A DNA stretch of 64,000 bases from Halodesulfurarchaeum sp. (GCA_034520565.1 JAXHNL010000002.1:1376001-1440000); one strand, 5' to 3'. Positions 20,662-29,821 are shown, counted from the stretch's first letter. Program-made: numbers and translations. The notes: a model not told the origin generated them from the letters alone.

Positions 20662-20967
20662 CGACAGTGGCGGCTCCGTTTGGACACTCACCTTTGGTTT
20701 TCGGACTCCGACGCCGCTCTCTTGTGACTCCGAAACTATCGTAAGCCCAATTCATGGATCGGTACTAGAACCGCTTCGGCAACTCTCAGTGCCGGTTCGG
20801 GCCCCAGTCTTCGTATTCACCCCAAAAACTCTCCCCGGCAATGGCCACCGGCCACTGCGCTCTGCATCCGCTCCGTCGTCTCGGTTACCGTGTTCGAAAA
20901 TATCTATCGCGTTCTGCACGGATGGGCGTTACGGTCGTTTTCTCATTGCTGGGAGATGAATCACCGC

Positions 20968-21247
20968 TCAGTCATCGGCAGTGTACGCCCCGGATCGATG
21001 TTCGATATCGTAGATGACGAGTATCGACCGTTCCCGGTCAGCAGCTGCGCCGAGTCGGTACTCCCCGACCCGAATTTTCCCGTGTGGCAGTCCCGTGAGC
21101 GGCTCGACGTATTCGTGCGGGGCCCGCCACTCCTCAGCGATGATTTGCTCGAGTTTCGCGACGATTCGTTCCTGCGTGACTTCATCGAGATCATCGAACG
21201 CATCTGCGGCGGGACCGAAACTCCCAGCTCCAATCACGACTCGTCAT
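20968..21247 (-). pseudogene. relE: RelE/ParE-family toxin, apparent frameshift after about codon 13
   Basis: ATG at 21247 gives MTSRDWSWEFRSR, out of frame with AADAFDDLDEVTQERI...KIRVGEYRL...IEHRSGAY. Confidence 0.7.
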
Positions 21248-21524
21248 CCATCATTGCGAGGACTTCGTCACGAGAGACGGCCTCACTCTCCCCGTTTCGC
21301 ATGGCGTATTCCTCGGCCGCGATGCTCGCCAGCATTGCCCGCGACGCGCCGGGATGAGCCGTCGCGTCCCTGATCGCGTGTCGAAGAAACTCGCTTCTGG
21401 ACGTGTATCCCTCCTCCTTCCAGACGGCGTCGATCTCCTCGAGTTGGCGCTCGGTGACGCGAACGTTGATCGTCGTCGTCTCGGGGTCTTCGATGGGATC
21501 GTTATTCGTATCGCTTTTCGACAT
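21234..21524 (-). CDS. Ribbon-helix-helix antitoxin
   Basis: TINVRVTERQLEEID...GYTSRSEFLRHAIRD pattern. Confidence 0.85.
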   Translation of the reverse strand: MSKSDTNNDPIEDPETTTINVRVTERQLEEIDAVWKEEGYTSRSEFLRHAIRDATAHPGASRAMLASIAAEEYAMRNGESEAVSRDEVLAMMDDES

Positions 21525-21786
21525 ACGGACGTATTACAGACGCGGTGTATAAATATCTGGCTTCCCCGTAACAACAAACGTGTGAGGACCGCATCGAGTC
21601 TCAAGTTGCCAGGTATTCGAGTCCAACAACAGCATCGAGACGATATTCGACTGCTCCGGGAATGCGACGAATTCAGCGGTTTTCCGTCGAAGAACTCCCG
21701 ATGGAACTCGAGACTGGTCGGATTAACGAGGATCGCCCCGTTCCAGGAGGTGTTCAAATAAGCGGCCCCAGCCTGAACAATGGTGT

Positions 21787-22072
21787 TGGGTGGGAATCCA
21801 AAAGGGTTCCCGCGAGGTCCGCAGGACCGAGGGGGAGCAAGCGAGAGCCGAAGGCTCTCGCCCAGGCCGACCGGTCGACCCGGTGAGACGAAGTAAGCAC
21901 CGTCGCCCGAGAGAGCAACCTCTCTCGGGATCACGAAAATTGTCCGATTTTCGAACGACCTCATTGGCCGGGCCACAAGACAGCCACTCCGAGGGCGAAA
22001 CGCGTCCGGAGACGAGTGAAACGAATGCGTCTTGAAACCGTGACGGGTCACTGAGTCCCGAAATCCCATGGT
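21787..22072 (+). repeat. Hairpin-mosaic intergenic element, copy 2
   Basis: Left end shared with 16429; 21801-21862 identical to 34210-34271 (62 nt); stacked short hairpins. Confidence 0.8.
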
Positions 22073-22300
22073 TTCAGGTCGTTGAGAAAGTCAATGCAGG
22101 CATCGAGTTAAACTCCTCAAACCCCAATCAGGCGTCGGAGTCAGTTGCTTCCTCGAGGATATCGCACATTCGATCGAAGTGCTGGCTGATGCGCTCTGGC
22201 ATCGACTCGAACGCGTCATCGCTCACAGGTTGCTCCCTCCGTTCACTTCGTGTCATTTTTCAAACCTCTTGATGAAACGTTCGACGTTCTCGCGTAAATC
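21929..22300 (+). repeat. About 370-bp direct repeat, copy 2
   Basis: Aligns with 17808-18265. Confidence 0.93.
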
Positions 22301-22438
22301 TTCTTCGGCGGCATCGAACCCTTCGTTCGCCGGAATTGGCGGCGTGACTTTCTGGGTTCGTATTTTCTGACCCTCGCGGTAGACATCTCGATGAACGCTA
22401 TTCGGTGATGTCGTGGCCACCTGGCGTGACTCGGTCAT
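22128..22438 (-). pseudogene. Small hypothetical gene with TGG>TGA stop and a frameshift
   Basis: MTESRQ...RFIKRFEK-stop; the paralogous copy at 18095-18262 reads through as W. Confidence 0.65.
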
Positions 22439-22687
22439 GATCGTAGCGAACGATTACGCCAGTCGCCCTCCAGCCAGTACTCCAGCTGTACCATGAACTT
22501 CGTCACAGTGCCCCGATGTGTCGAAAAGGCCGAACGAAGCTGAACACGGTCGGCCAGCCGATCTGGAGGGGGTGTGACCTCGTAGTCTTTCATTCATCGA
22601 GCCTCTTTGAGTCGTCGAGTTGGTTCCGAATATGCCGTCTGGTACTGTAATTTTTCCGAAGTCAATACTATCCATGAGCCATTGAGT

Positions 22688-22773
22688 TACGACCCCCAGA
22701 CCTCGATCAAAGACGGCGTCTCCCGTTTCATCGACTGGTATCAGGACAACCGGGACTGGTACGAACCGCTCGT
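22688..22773 (+). pseudogene. Relic 3' end of the NDP-sugar epimerase
   Basis: YDPQTSIKDGVSRFIDWYQDNRDWYEPLV; 94% identical to 17517-17602. Confidence 0.9.
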
Positions 22774-22791
22774 GAGGGGAGCGGACGGAAA

Positions 22792-23280
22792 TCACGCGGG
22801 CCAGTGAGGAAGTGAGGGCATCCCGTGCTCCCAGGAAATCGCTGCCACCGCCGAGGGGAGTTGCTGCAGTCGGTCATCGAGAACGGCGAGTGGATGTCCA
22901 TCGAGAAACCTCACGCGATGCCGATCGACCGGCATATTTTCGTGATTGAGCTGGATATGGCAGGCCCCAAGATCCGGATGATCAGCGTCCCGATGGAAGC
23001 CGAGCATCAGGTTCCGGTTCGGTTCGACCCAGTTGATGCGATAGTATTCATCGTCCCCGCCGGCGGGGTACCAGAAGCGAATCTCCAGTCGTGCGGTTTC
23101 TACGGTGGTTGTATCACCCAGGAACGTGGGCGGATCAACAGCAGCGATGACCTCCCGGGGTCGGCGTCGAGACGGACGATAGCGCACGTCCGCACAACCC
23201 GCCTGATTCGTTAGTCGATCGTGAACGTCGCGGAGAAGTGTCCGCTGCGTATAGCGGTCGCGACCGGCGAGAAAGATCAT
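22792..23280 (-). CDS. Hypothetical protein, partner of the upstream HTH gene
   Basis: 162-aa ORF starting 7 nt after the HTH gene stop; His-containing motif GFHRDADHPDLGACHIQ. Confidence 0.7.
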   Translation of the reverse strand: MIFLAGRDRYTQRTLLRDVHDRLTNQAGCADVRYRPSRRRPREVIAAVDPPTFLGDTTTVETARLEIRFWYPAGGDDEYYRINWVEPNRNLMLGFHRDADHPDLGACHIQLNHENMPVDRHRVRFLDGHPLAVLDDRLQQLPSAVAAISWEHGMPSLPHWPA

Positions 23281-23287
23281 CGCCAGA

Positions 23288-23839
23288 TTAGCTCCTGGCG
23301 CGTTCGGCCACGTCGGTCAGTTGTTCGCGAGCGGCTTCGACGTCGGAGTACAGTTCCAGTGCATGCTTGATGAGGTGTCGATCCTGCTCGTTCTCGCGCC
23401 AGAACGCGATGACGCCGCGGCGTTCCCGGAGTGCATCACTCGATAGGTCGCCGTCGGCGAGGGACTGTTCGAACTCCGCCCACGTCTCGACGTCGTACGT
23501 TGCCTGCCACGCCTCGATTTCCTCGGTGATCGCGGTCAAATCACTTTGCAACTCCTCGCGCGTGTTCTCCTCGATGAGAGTACGAATTTCCTCGAAGAGC
23601 AGCCGCGTGTAGTCCGGCTGGTAGCGCGTCATCTCGCCGGTCTCGACACGACGCAGCTGGCCTTGGTCGACGAGCGACTGGAGTTCCTCGTTGGTCGTGC
23701 TCCAGGCGGCCTCGGCCTGCTCGCTAATCCAGTTGACTGACCGCGGTTCACGAAGCGTCTCGGCGACTGCCCGAATACGGTCGCGTGCACTCATCGACTC
23801 GGTCCACGACTGGACCCCATCTCGCGAGGACTCTGCCAT
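23288..23839 (-). CDS. Winged-HTH + coiled-coil protein (haloarchaeal DUF7342-like, from recall)
   Basis: PRSVNWISEQAEAAWSTTNEELQSLVDQG HTH-like segment; ATG at 23839. Confidence 0.7.
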   Translation of the reverse strand: MAESSRDGVQSWTESMSARDRIRAVAETLREPRSVNWISEQAEAAWSTTNEELQSLVDQGQLRRVETGEMTRYQPDYTRLLFEEIRTLIEENTREELQSDLTAITEEIEAWQATYDVETWAEFEQSLADGDLSSDALRERRGVIAFWRENEQDRHLIKHALELYSDVEAAREQLTDVAERARS

Positions 23840-24095
23840 GTTTTGGACCTCTTGAGAGTGTTGACGCTGTACTCCCATATATGTTTGTATCTTTTCGCAT
23901 AATCAAGAGTCATTTACGAGCGAGGGGGATCGGACACTGCAAAGCGAAGCTGAAAGCAACGCTGGCAACCGAGACAAAACCGTATACTGACGATCTCGTT
24001 TTGCAGTGACGTTCCATTCTCACCACTACCCAAAGGACGATGTTGGAACACCCTTTGCCGGACGTTTTAACCCTTGACCTCCCGAATACTCGTTC

Positions 24096-24341
24096 ATGAG
24101 TGTCTCACGGGAGATCCACCTCACGGAGGGCGATGATTGGTGGACGGCGGTCGATGTGGACACTGGCGTGGCAAGCCAGGGCAAAACACCGAACGAAGCC
24201 GTCGAAAACCTCGAGGAGGCGGTCGCGCTCCACGATGGCGAAATCGGCCACGCGCCGACGGACGAGGAGCTCCGGGAACTCGGCGTCGACCCGGAGAACG
24301 CTCGAACGCAGGGTGAGGAATTGCCCGACGTCCTGCAGTGA
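24096..24341 (+). CDS. hicB: HicB-family antitoxin
   Basis: WWTAVDVDTGVASQGKTPNEAVENLEEA; TTTTAA box about 30 nt upstream. Confidence 0.88.
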   Translation: MSVSREIHLTEGDDWWTAVDVDTGVASQGKTPNEAVENLEEAVALHDGEIGHAPTDEELRELGVDPENARTQGEELPDVLQ

Positions 24342-24345
24342 GTGA

Positions 24346-24429
24346 CTGGCCCGACGAGTCTTCTCCGGCGAAGAAGTGTATCGAGTACTGGTAACAGCGG
24401 GCCATCCACTCAGGCGTCTCGCGGTTTAA
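24346..24429 (+). pseudogene. hicA: HicA toxin N-terminal stub
   Basis: (CTG)ARRVFSGEEVYRVLV then unrelated sequence; resembles the N-terminus of 26217-26471. Confidence 0.65.
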
Positions 24430-24471
24430 TCCACCACAAGACTGAAGCCAAATCCGTAAAAGATTGAAAAT

Positions 24472-24660
24472 ATGACACAGGCGACGAAACGGATCCCGGT
24501 TCGCGAAGAGACCTTCGAGGAACTCGGCAGGTTCAAGGGAGCTGGCGAAACCTGGGACGACGTGGTTACCGACCTCATCGAGGCCCGCCAACGGGAGAAT
24601 CGCCGTCAACTCATAGAACGCACCGAGGACGACGAGTACGTCCCGCTTGACGACGTTTGA
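24472..24660 (+). CDS. Small RHH-like antitoxin
   Basis: TKRIPVREETFEELGRFKGAGETWDDVV pattern. Confidence 0.8.
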   Translation: MTQATKRIPVREETFEELGRFKGAGETWDDVVTDLIEARQRENRRQLIERTEDDEYVPLDDV

Positions 24661-24955
24661 ATGGGGCTATCAGGTTCTCCGTGGTGAACAACCGAGAGCG
24701 TTTCTTGGGGATGTCGAGGAGAAAACCGAACGGATCGTGACGGACCACCTCCGTTCGCTCGAAGACGAACCGTTCCCTCGCCCTGGATCCGGTCGCGGGG
24801 ATCGCGAACGATTGCCTGTCGATGGTGACGAGCTGTATCGCTTGCACATCTCTCGGACCTACACCAACCTCTACACCATCGACGCGTCCGCACACGAAGT
24901 CCGGGTGAGAGAAATCGTCCCGATCGACGAAGCTCACAAGCGCTACGGCTATTGA
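24661..24955 (+). pseudogene. relE: RelE/ParE-family toxin; an extra G after the ATG puts the start out of frame
   Basis: ATGGGGCTAT where ATGGGCTAT (MGYQVL) is expected; body LYRLHISRTYT...IDEAHKRYG; a TTG at 24647 could rescue translation. Confidence 0.7.
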
Positions 24956-25014
24956 CATTCGCTCCGCAGCGTCGTCGATTCCGGGGAAGTCACCGATCTC
25001 CGCCGGCAATTACA

Positions 25015-25051
25015 TTTATTACGTATCGTAACGTACTACATCGTAACGATG
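25015..25051 (+). promoter_or_regulatory. TA promoter with a repeated operator-like motif
   Basis: TTTATT box, then atcgtaacg twice immediately before a leaderless ATG. Confidence 0.5.
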
Positions 25052-25342
25052 AAGACGGTCACCACGCGGATTCCGGAGGACGACGAGGCGGCACTCGCCG
25101 AACTGGAGGCGGAGATGAGTGTCGATCGCTCGACGGTCCTCCGCCGACTCATTCGGGACGGGCTCGATGACTGGCGAACCGAGCGGGCACTCGACAAACT
25201 TCGCGAGCACGCCATTACGATTCGAAAAGCGGCTACTCTCGCAGATGTCACGTACGTCGAGATGCTCACCCTCGCCGCCGAGGAGGGGATCGACGTGGGC
25301 TACACGACGGACGACCTCGAACGCGACCTCGATCGAATATAA
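25049..25342 (+). CDS. UPF0175-family antitoxin
   Basis: RHH-like N-terminus plus ITIRKAATLADV HTH. Confidence 0.82.
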   Translation: MKTVTTRIPEDDEAALAELEAEMSVDRSTVLRRLIRDGLDDWRTERALDKLREHAITIRKAATLADVTYVEMLTLAAEEGIDVGYTTDDLERDLDRI

Positions 25343-25830
25343 TGGTCGTCCTCGACGCGTCAGCGCTCATCCCGCTTGCCTGGGTCGGGCAACTCGATCT
25401 CATCTCACGGACGTTCGACGATCTTCGGACGACTGAGACGGTTCGAGCGGAGGTCCTTACTGATGGCAAGCGTGGCACGGCGGCACTCGAGGAGTTCCTG
25501 TCGGATGTGACCGTCGCGGAGTCCCCTGCCCGGGCCGAGACGGTCTCGTCTCTGGAGGGAATCGCGGTCGCGGACGCGTCGGTGATCCTTTTGGCGGAGA
25601 CCGCCGATGAACGGCTCCTCGCCAATGACAAGGGGTTGATCGAGGTCGCACGGAGCCACGGCATCGAGTGCTGGTGGGTGACGACGTTGTTGCTCAGCTG
25701 TACCAAACACGGGCACCTGACCGCCGAAGAGGCGACCACTGTCCTCTATGACCTCGTGAACGAGGGGATGAATCTCCATCCGAAAGTATACACGAGAGTC
25801 CAGAAGAAACTCCGCGAAATGGCGAGGTAA
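25342..25830 (+). CDS. PIN-domain toxin (DUF3368-like)
   Basis: MVVLDASALI, ADASVI and LLAND motifs; TAATG coupling. Confidence 0.82.
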   Translation: MVVLDASALIPLAWVGQLDLISRTFDDLRTTETVRAEVLTDGKRGTAALEEFLSDVTVAESPARAETVSSLEGIAVADASVILLAETADERLLANDKGLIEVARSHGIECWWVTTLLLSCTKHGHLTAEEATTVLYDLVNEGMNLHPKVYTRVQKKLREMAR

Positions 25831-25958
25831 TCGACCTTCGTGCTCCTTTGGACGGGCGAACACGGAAACGGCACCCCGATTACGTTCCTTACTTGTCAAA
25901 GTGCGACCAGTCTTCCCATGCAATATATGTACGTCCCCTCCGTATCGTATTCCACACG

Positions 25959-26204
25959 ATGAGTATTGGCGTCGAGCCGACCATCACCCTCACTGATGAG
26001 GGTGAGTGGTGGATCGCGAGAGACACCGAAACAGGCGTTGTCAGCCAGGGCCGGACGAGGACGTCTGCCCTCGACAACCTGGATGAGGCACTCGCCGGAT
26101 ATCATGGTGAGGGCGATTCGCCAAGCGAAGAGGACCTCCGGGAGAGCGGAATCGATCCCGAGCGAAACGTTTCTGGGAAATCGCTCCCGGGACCACTCGA
26201 ATAA
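25959..26204 (+). CDS. hicB: HicB-family antitoxin
   Basis: WWIARDTETGVVSQGRTRTSALDNLDEA. Confidence 0.88.
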   Translation: MSIGVEPTITLTDEGEWWIARDTETGVVSQGRTRTSALDNLDEALAGYHGEGDSPSEEDLRESGIDPERNVSGKSLPGPLE

Positions 26205-26216
26205 TCCACTCATCGA

Positions 26217-26471
26217 ATGGGTATTCGACGGTATTCTGGCGAAGAGGTTCGCAAAGTGCTGGTCAATCATGGCCCCTTCTACGTGGACCGTGTCTGAGGT
26301 GATCATTTCATTCTTCGTTGGGAGCCTCCTGATGGTCACGATTCCGCTGCAAGGACCGTGCCAGTTCCAGACCACGATGAATTAGCCACCGGAACACTCC
26401 GGTCGATCGGTGAGCAAGCTGGAATGAAAGACTTCAACAAATTTCTCGACTGGCTGGATCGGAATTGCTGA
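26217..26471 (+). pseudogene. hicA: HicA toxin with an in-frame TGA at 26295-26297
   Basis: MGIRRYSGEEVRKVLVNHG...DRV*GDHF...TVPVPDHDELATGTLRSI...WLDRNC-stop (84 codons). Confidence 0.85.
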
Positions 26472-26603
26472 GACGTTCTCTGATTTTCCAGGAGCCCTTG
26501 GCTCCGGGGAACGTCGTTTGGCTTGGCGGACTGGGTGTAGTCCCCTCCCCAATCCACTCCGTCCCAGAACGGCTTTGTCCGCGCCGTGTTTACCACCACC
26601 CAG

Positions 26604-27902
26604 ATGGATCTCAGCATCGTCGGTTCCGGCTACGTCGGAACCACCATCGCGGGCTGTTTCGCCGACCTCGGCCACGACGTCGTCAACGTCGACATCGACG
26701 AAACGGTCGTCGAGTCGATCAACGCCGGCACCTCCCCGATTCACGAACCCGGCCTCGACGAACTGATCGCTGAGAACGCCGGAGCAAACCTCCGGGCAAC
26801 CACGGACTACGATGTCATCCCCGACACCGAGGTCACCTTTCTCGCCCTGCCCACCCCATCGAACCCGGACGGCAGCATCGACACGAGTTACATCGAGAGC
26901 GCCGCCGAATCCATCGGCGAAGCCATCGTAAAGAGTGAAAAAACCCACCTGATCGTCGTCAAGAGCACCGTCATCCCCACAACGACCGAAGAAATCATCA
27001 CCCCGATCCTCGAGCAATCCTCGGGTAAAACCGCCGGCGAGGACTTCCACGTCGCGATGAACCCGGAGTTCCTCCGCGAGGGCACGGCCGTCGAGGACTT
27101 CCTCGAACCCCACAAGATCGTCTTCGGCGCCGAAAATCAGCCCGCATACGACACCCTCCGCGAGGTCTACCGACCACTGACTGAAGCCGCGACGGCCGAC
27201 CCCACCATTGTTGAGACCGCCACCCGCGAGGCCGAGATGATCAAGTACGCCAACAACGCGTTCCTCGCGGCGAAGGTCAGCCTCATCAACGACATCGGGA
27301 ACATCTGCAAGGAGTTCGGCGTCGACGCCTACGAGGTCGCCGACGCCATCGGCCTCGACGACCGCATCAGCGAAAAGTTCCTCCGCAGCGGGGTAGGTTT
27401 CGGCGGCTCGTGCTTTCCAAAGGACGTCAAAGCCATCATCGCCGCCGCGAAAGCACAGGGCTACGAACCCCCGCTCCTCGAGGCCGCAATTGAGGTCAAC
27501 GACTTGCAGCCAGAGCGCATGCTCGCACTGCTGGACGACCACGTCGACGTCGCCGGCAAACGCGTCGCCGTCCTCGGCCTGGCGTTCAAACCCGGCACGG
27601 ACGACGTCCGCAACTCCCGGGCGATCGACGTCATCGAGGGACTCCAGGACCGAAACGCAGAGGTCGTCGCCTACGACCCGGTCGCGACCGAGAACATGCG
27701 CGAGTACTTCCCGGACCTCGCGTACGCCGACTCCGCCGCCGACGCCCTTCAGGGCGCAAACGCGGCCATGATCCTCACCGACTGGGACGAGTTTGCCGCT
27801 CTCGACGAGGAGTTCGACGCGATGGACTCACACCTCGTGATCGACGGCCGCAGAGTCATCGAACCCCGCGAGGGGATGACCTACGAAGGCCTGACGTGGT
27901 GA
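26604..27902 (+). CDS. aglM: UDP-glucose 6-dehydrogenase
   Basis: [25 protein letters not shown] and FKPGTDDVR motifs. Confidence 0.93.
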   Translation: MDLSIVGSGYVGTTIAGCFADLGHDVVNVDIDETVVESINAGTSPIHEPGLDELIAENAGANLRATTDYDVIPDTEVTFLALPTPSNPDGSIDTSYIESAAESIGEAIVKSEKTHLIVVKSTVIPTTTEEIITPILEQSSGKTAGEDFHVAMNPEFLREGTAVEDFLEPHKIVFGAENQPAYDTLREVYRPLTEAATADPTIVETATREAEMIKYANNAFLAAKVSLINDIGNICKEFGVDAYEVADAIGLDDRISEKFLRSGVGFGGSCFPKDVKAIIAAAKAQGYEPPLLEAAIEVNDLQPERMLALLDDHVDVAGKRVAVLGLAFKPGTDDVRNSRAIDVIEGLQDRNAEVVAYDPVATENMREYFPDLAYADSAADALQGANAAMILTDWDEFAALDEEFDAMDSHLVIDGRRVIEPREGMTYEGLTW

Positions 27903-28062
27903 TTGAATAGGGTACGTCGATCGTTCTCGGTTATACGCTCCCCGAAAATCGGAACCCCAAGCCGGGCTCCGCGATACTGATGCCACGTACCCAAATAGCT
28001 CAAGTTCCGTACATCTACGGGACTTCGATTGTGTCACACGGCTTGCCGCCTCAAACTCAAGT

Positions 28063-28308
28063 TCAGTTGGCAGAGGCGAGATCTTCGTCGAGTTCTGCCT
28101 CGGTGTAGTGGCGGGGGATTTCCCGCTCCCCAAGGAGGTCGTGGAACTCTCGCTTCGATAGTTCCGCCAACGCTCGTGCTTTGCCGAATGAAAGTGCCCC
28201 TGTGGCGTACAGGGAGACGGCCAATTCCCGTTTGAGGGCCCGAGGACGGTCTGCTTCGGGGAATTGTAACGCGTCGTATACCTCTTCGTCGATCTCGATC
28301 GTGGCCAT
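28063..28308 (-). CDS. UPF0175-family antitoxin, orphan
   Basis: LSFGKARALAELSKREFHDLLGER; no toxin ORF downstream. Confidence 0.82.
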   Translation of the reverse strand: MATIEIDEEVYDALQFPEADRPRALKRELAVSLYATGALSFGKARALAELSKREFHDLLGEREIPRHYTEAELDEDLASAN

Positions 28309-28395
28309 ACGACACGTTGGGTTACTGTATTATTGAGTGTTTGGACGGGGAGTGAATGGGATCTGCTCCACCTACATGGATTTCTCCCACACAAA

Positions 28396-28690
28396 TCAGG
28401 CGTTTTCTCCGAGGTCGGGGGCCTCGGTCGCCCAGGTGTCGTCTTCGCCATAGGTATCAGATTCGTATTCCGCCGAGATTTCCTCGAGACTCACCACGTT
28501 CGCGATGCTCGACCCGGTCACTTCATCCGCGAGTGCCCAGAACGAATCGACGTTGCGAACGAGCCCCTTCTCTCGAAGCCGAGAGAGCGTTTTGTGGACT
28601 TCCCCTGGGCACGTCGGTCAATTCGGCCAGTTCTGTGGGCGAAAATCTCGGCTGCAATTGCACTCAACCGCGCCGAAGACCATTAATCCA
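28396..28690 (-). pseudogene. Degraded MarR-like HTH protein (antitoxin-type)
   Basis: Hand translation GEVHKTLSRLREKGLVRNVDSFWA...YGEDDTWATEAPDLGENA-stop; 5' part disrupted. Confidence 0.6.
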
Positions 28691-28745
28691 AGAACCTCGA
28701 ACGGTTCGTTAAACGGTACGAACAATGGCACAGGATCGAGACCCA

Positions 28746-28886
28746 ATGACCGACGACGAGATCGCTGAATTGCGCGAAGAGATGGACGCACAGCGCACAA
28801 TAATCCGTGAATCGTTGGCCGAAGACCTCGGCGGCGATCCGGAGGATTATCGTCCCGAAAGGCCGGTCACTGATGGCGGTCAGTGA
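28746..28886 (+). CDS. 46-aa acidic small protein
   Basis: MTDDEIAELREEMDAQRTIIRESLAEDLGGDPEDYRPERPVTDGGQ; haloarchaeal composition; below the ORF-track cutoff. Confidence 0.6.
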   Translation: MTDDEIAELREEMDAQRTIIRESLAEDLGGDPEDYRPERPVTDGGQ

Positions 28887-29053
28887 TTGGCGGTACCTTA
28901 GGTAGGCATCGGCTTTGCCAGATTTCTCTATGGCCACATCAAAGGGTTGATCTGGCGACGCACAACTGAATTGGGGCTGCTGCTTGTGCAACACTGTCTC
29001 GAAATTTCGATCGAGTGCGTCTTCCGATTTGGCCGACAAACGCCTTTTCTCAA

Positions 29054-29467
29054 TCAATACTGCTGCCAATCCCGGACCCGAACGCCATCGATGCGCTCGA
29101 AATGCGAGACGTTGGCCGTAAGGACAGGCATATCGTCGACAGCAGCGGTGGCCCCGATATAGACGTCGTGTAAATCGTGCAACGGGTTCCCATCTGCTTC
29201 CAGCGATGCCAGTATTCGAGCGGCCCGCTGTGAAACGGATCGACCCACTGGAAGCACCTCGAAACGCGAAAGCAGGGCATCGAGTTGGCTCATCGCCCCC
29301 TCGAACTCCGCAGTGCCGCGCTCGTATTGCTTTTCGACTCCCAGCCGCAGTTCGGTTTCCGTGACCACGCTGATTCCCAGGGGGCGTTCGCTGTCCAGGC
29401 GCTCGATTCGGTCCATCCCGTTGCCCCGATCGATATCCACGAGAACCGAGGAGTTACAGAGGATCAC
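29054..29467 (-). CDS. vapC: PIN-domain toxin (VapC); first acidic catalytic position is Asn
   Basis: ILCNSSVL, TETEL, HDVYIGAT and LTANVSHF motifs. Confidence 0.85.
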   Translation of the reverse strand: MILCNSSVLVDIDRGNGMDRIERLDSERPLGISVVTETELRLGVEKQYERGTAEFEGAMSQLDALLSRFEVLPVGRSVSQRAARILASLEADGNPLHDLHDVYIGATAAVDDMPVLTANVSHFERIDGVRVRDWQQY

Positions 29468-29682
29468 GAGTCCAGCCGTTCCAGGGTTCCATCGCTTTCT
29501 CGCTGTACCGTCTCTTTCACGTCGGTGATGGTCCCGGGCTCGAAAATACCCTGGCCGGCGACGTCTCGAAGCGACCCGCCAGCGGCCAGTTTGTCTTCGA
29601 TCACCTCGCTGAAGCTTCGATCTCCTTTCTCGCGCTTGAGCTTCTCGTAGACGTCATCGGAAATCGAGATGTTCTTGCTCAT
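29464..29682 (-). CDS. vapB: VapB-family antitoxin
   Basis: MSKNISISDDVYEKLKREKGDRSFSEVI. Confidence 0.88.
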   Translation of the reverse strand: MSKNISISDDVYEKLKREKGDRSFSEVIEDKLAAGGSLRDVAGQGIFEPGTITDVKETVQRESDGTLERLDS

Positions 29683-29759
29683 GGTGATATGTATGGGTAC
29701 CAACACACAAATATATTACTTCGAAACCAGGGAGCCGCCGCTGGTGAGATGATACTCGT

Positions 29760-29779
29760 CCGGACCCGAACGCCATCGA
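29760..29779. repeat. 20-bp direct repeat of the vapC 3' end (29072-29091)
   Basis: ccggacccgaacgccatcga identical at both sites. Confidence 0.85.
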
Positions 29780-29821
29780 ATTTCTGCCCACTGGAATTCC
29801 GCAGTTTCACTTCGGGCCCAT

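Noticed and set aside
21580-21770. Possible gene relic between the RHH antitoxin and the hairpin element
   Set aside because: No frame gave a motif I could recognise.
17517-22773. Diversity-generating retroelement TR/VR pair
   Set aside because: No reverse transcriptase is present, and the five differences are not adenine-specific.
26295-26297. Selenocysteine or readthrough TGA in hicA
   Set aside because: A single-base nonsense change (for example CGA to TGA) explains it; no supporting recoding signal was seen.
17616-29800. Provirus or classical integron
   Set aside because: No tyrosine/serine recombinase, capsid or replication genes, and no single attC-like repeat recurring between all cassettes.
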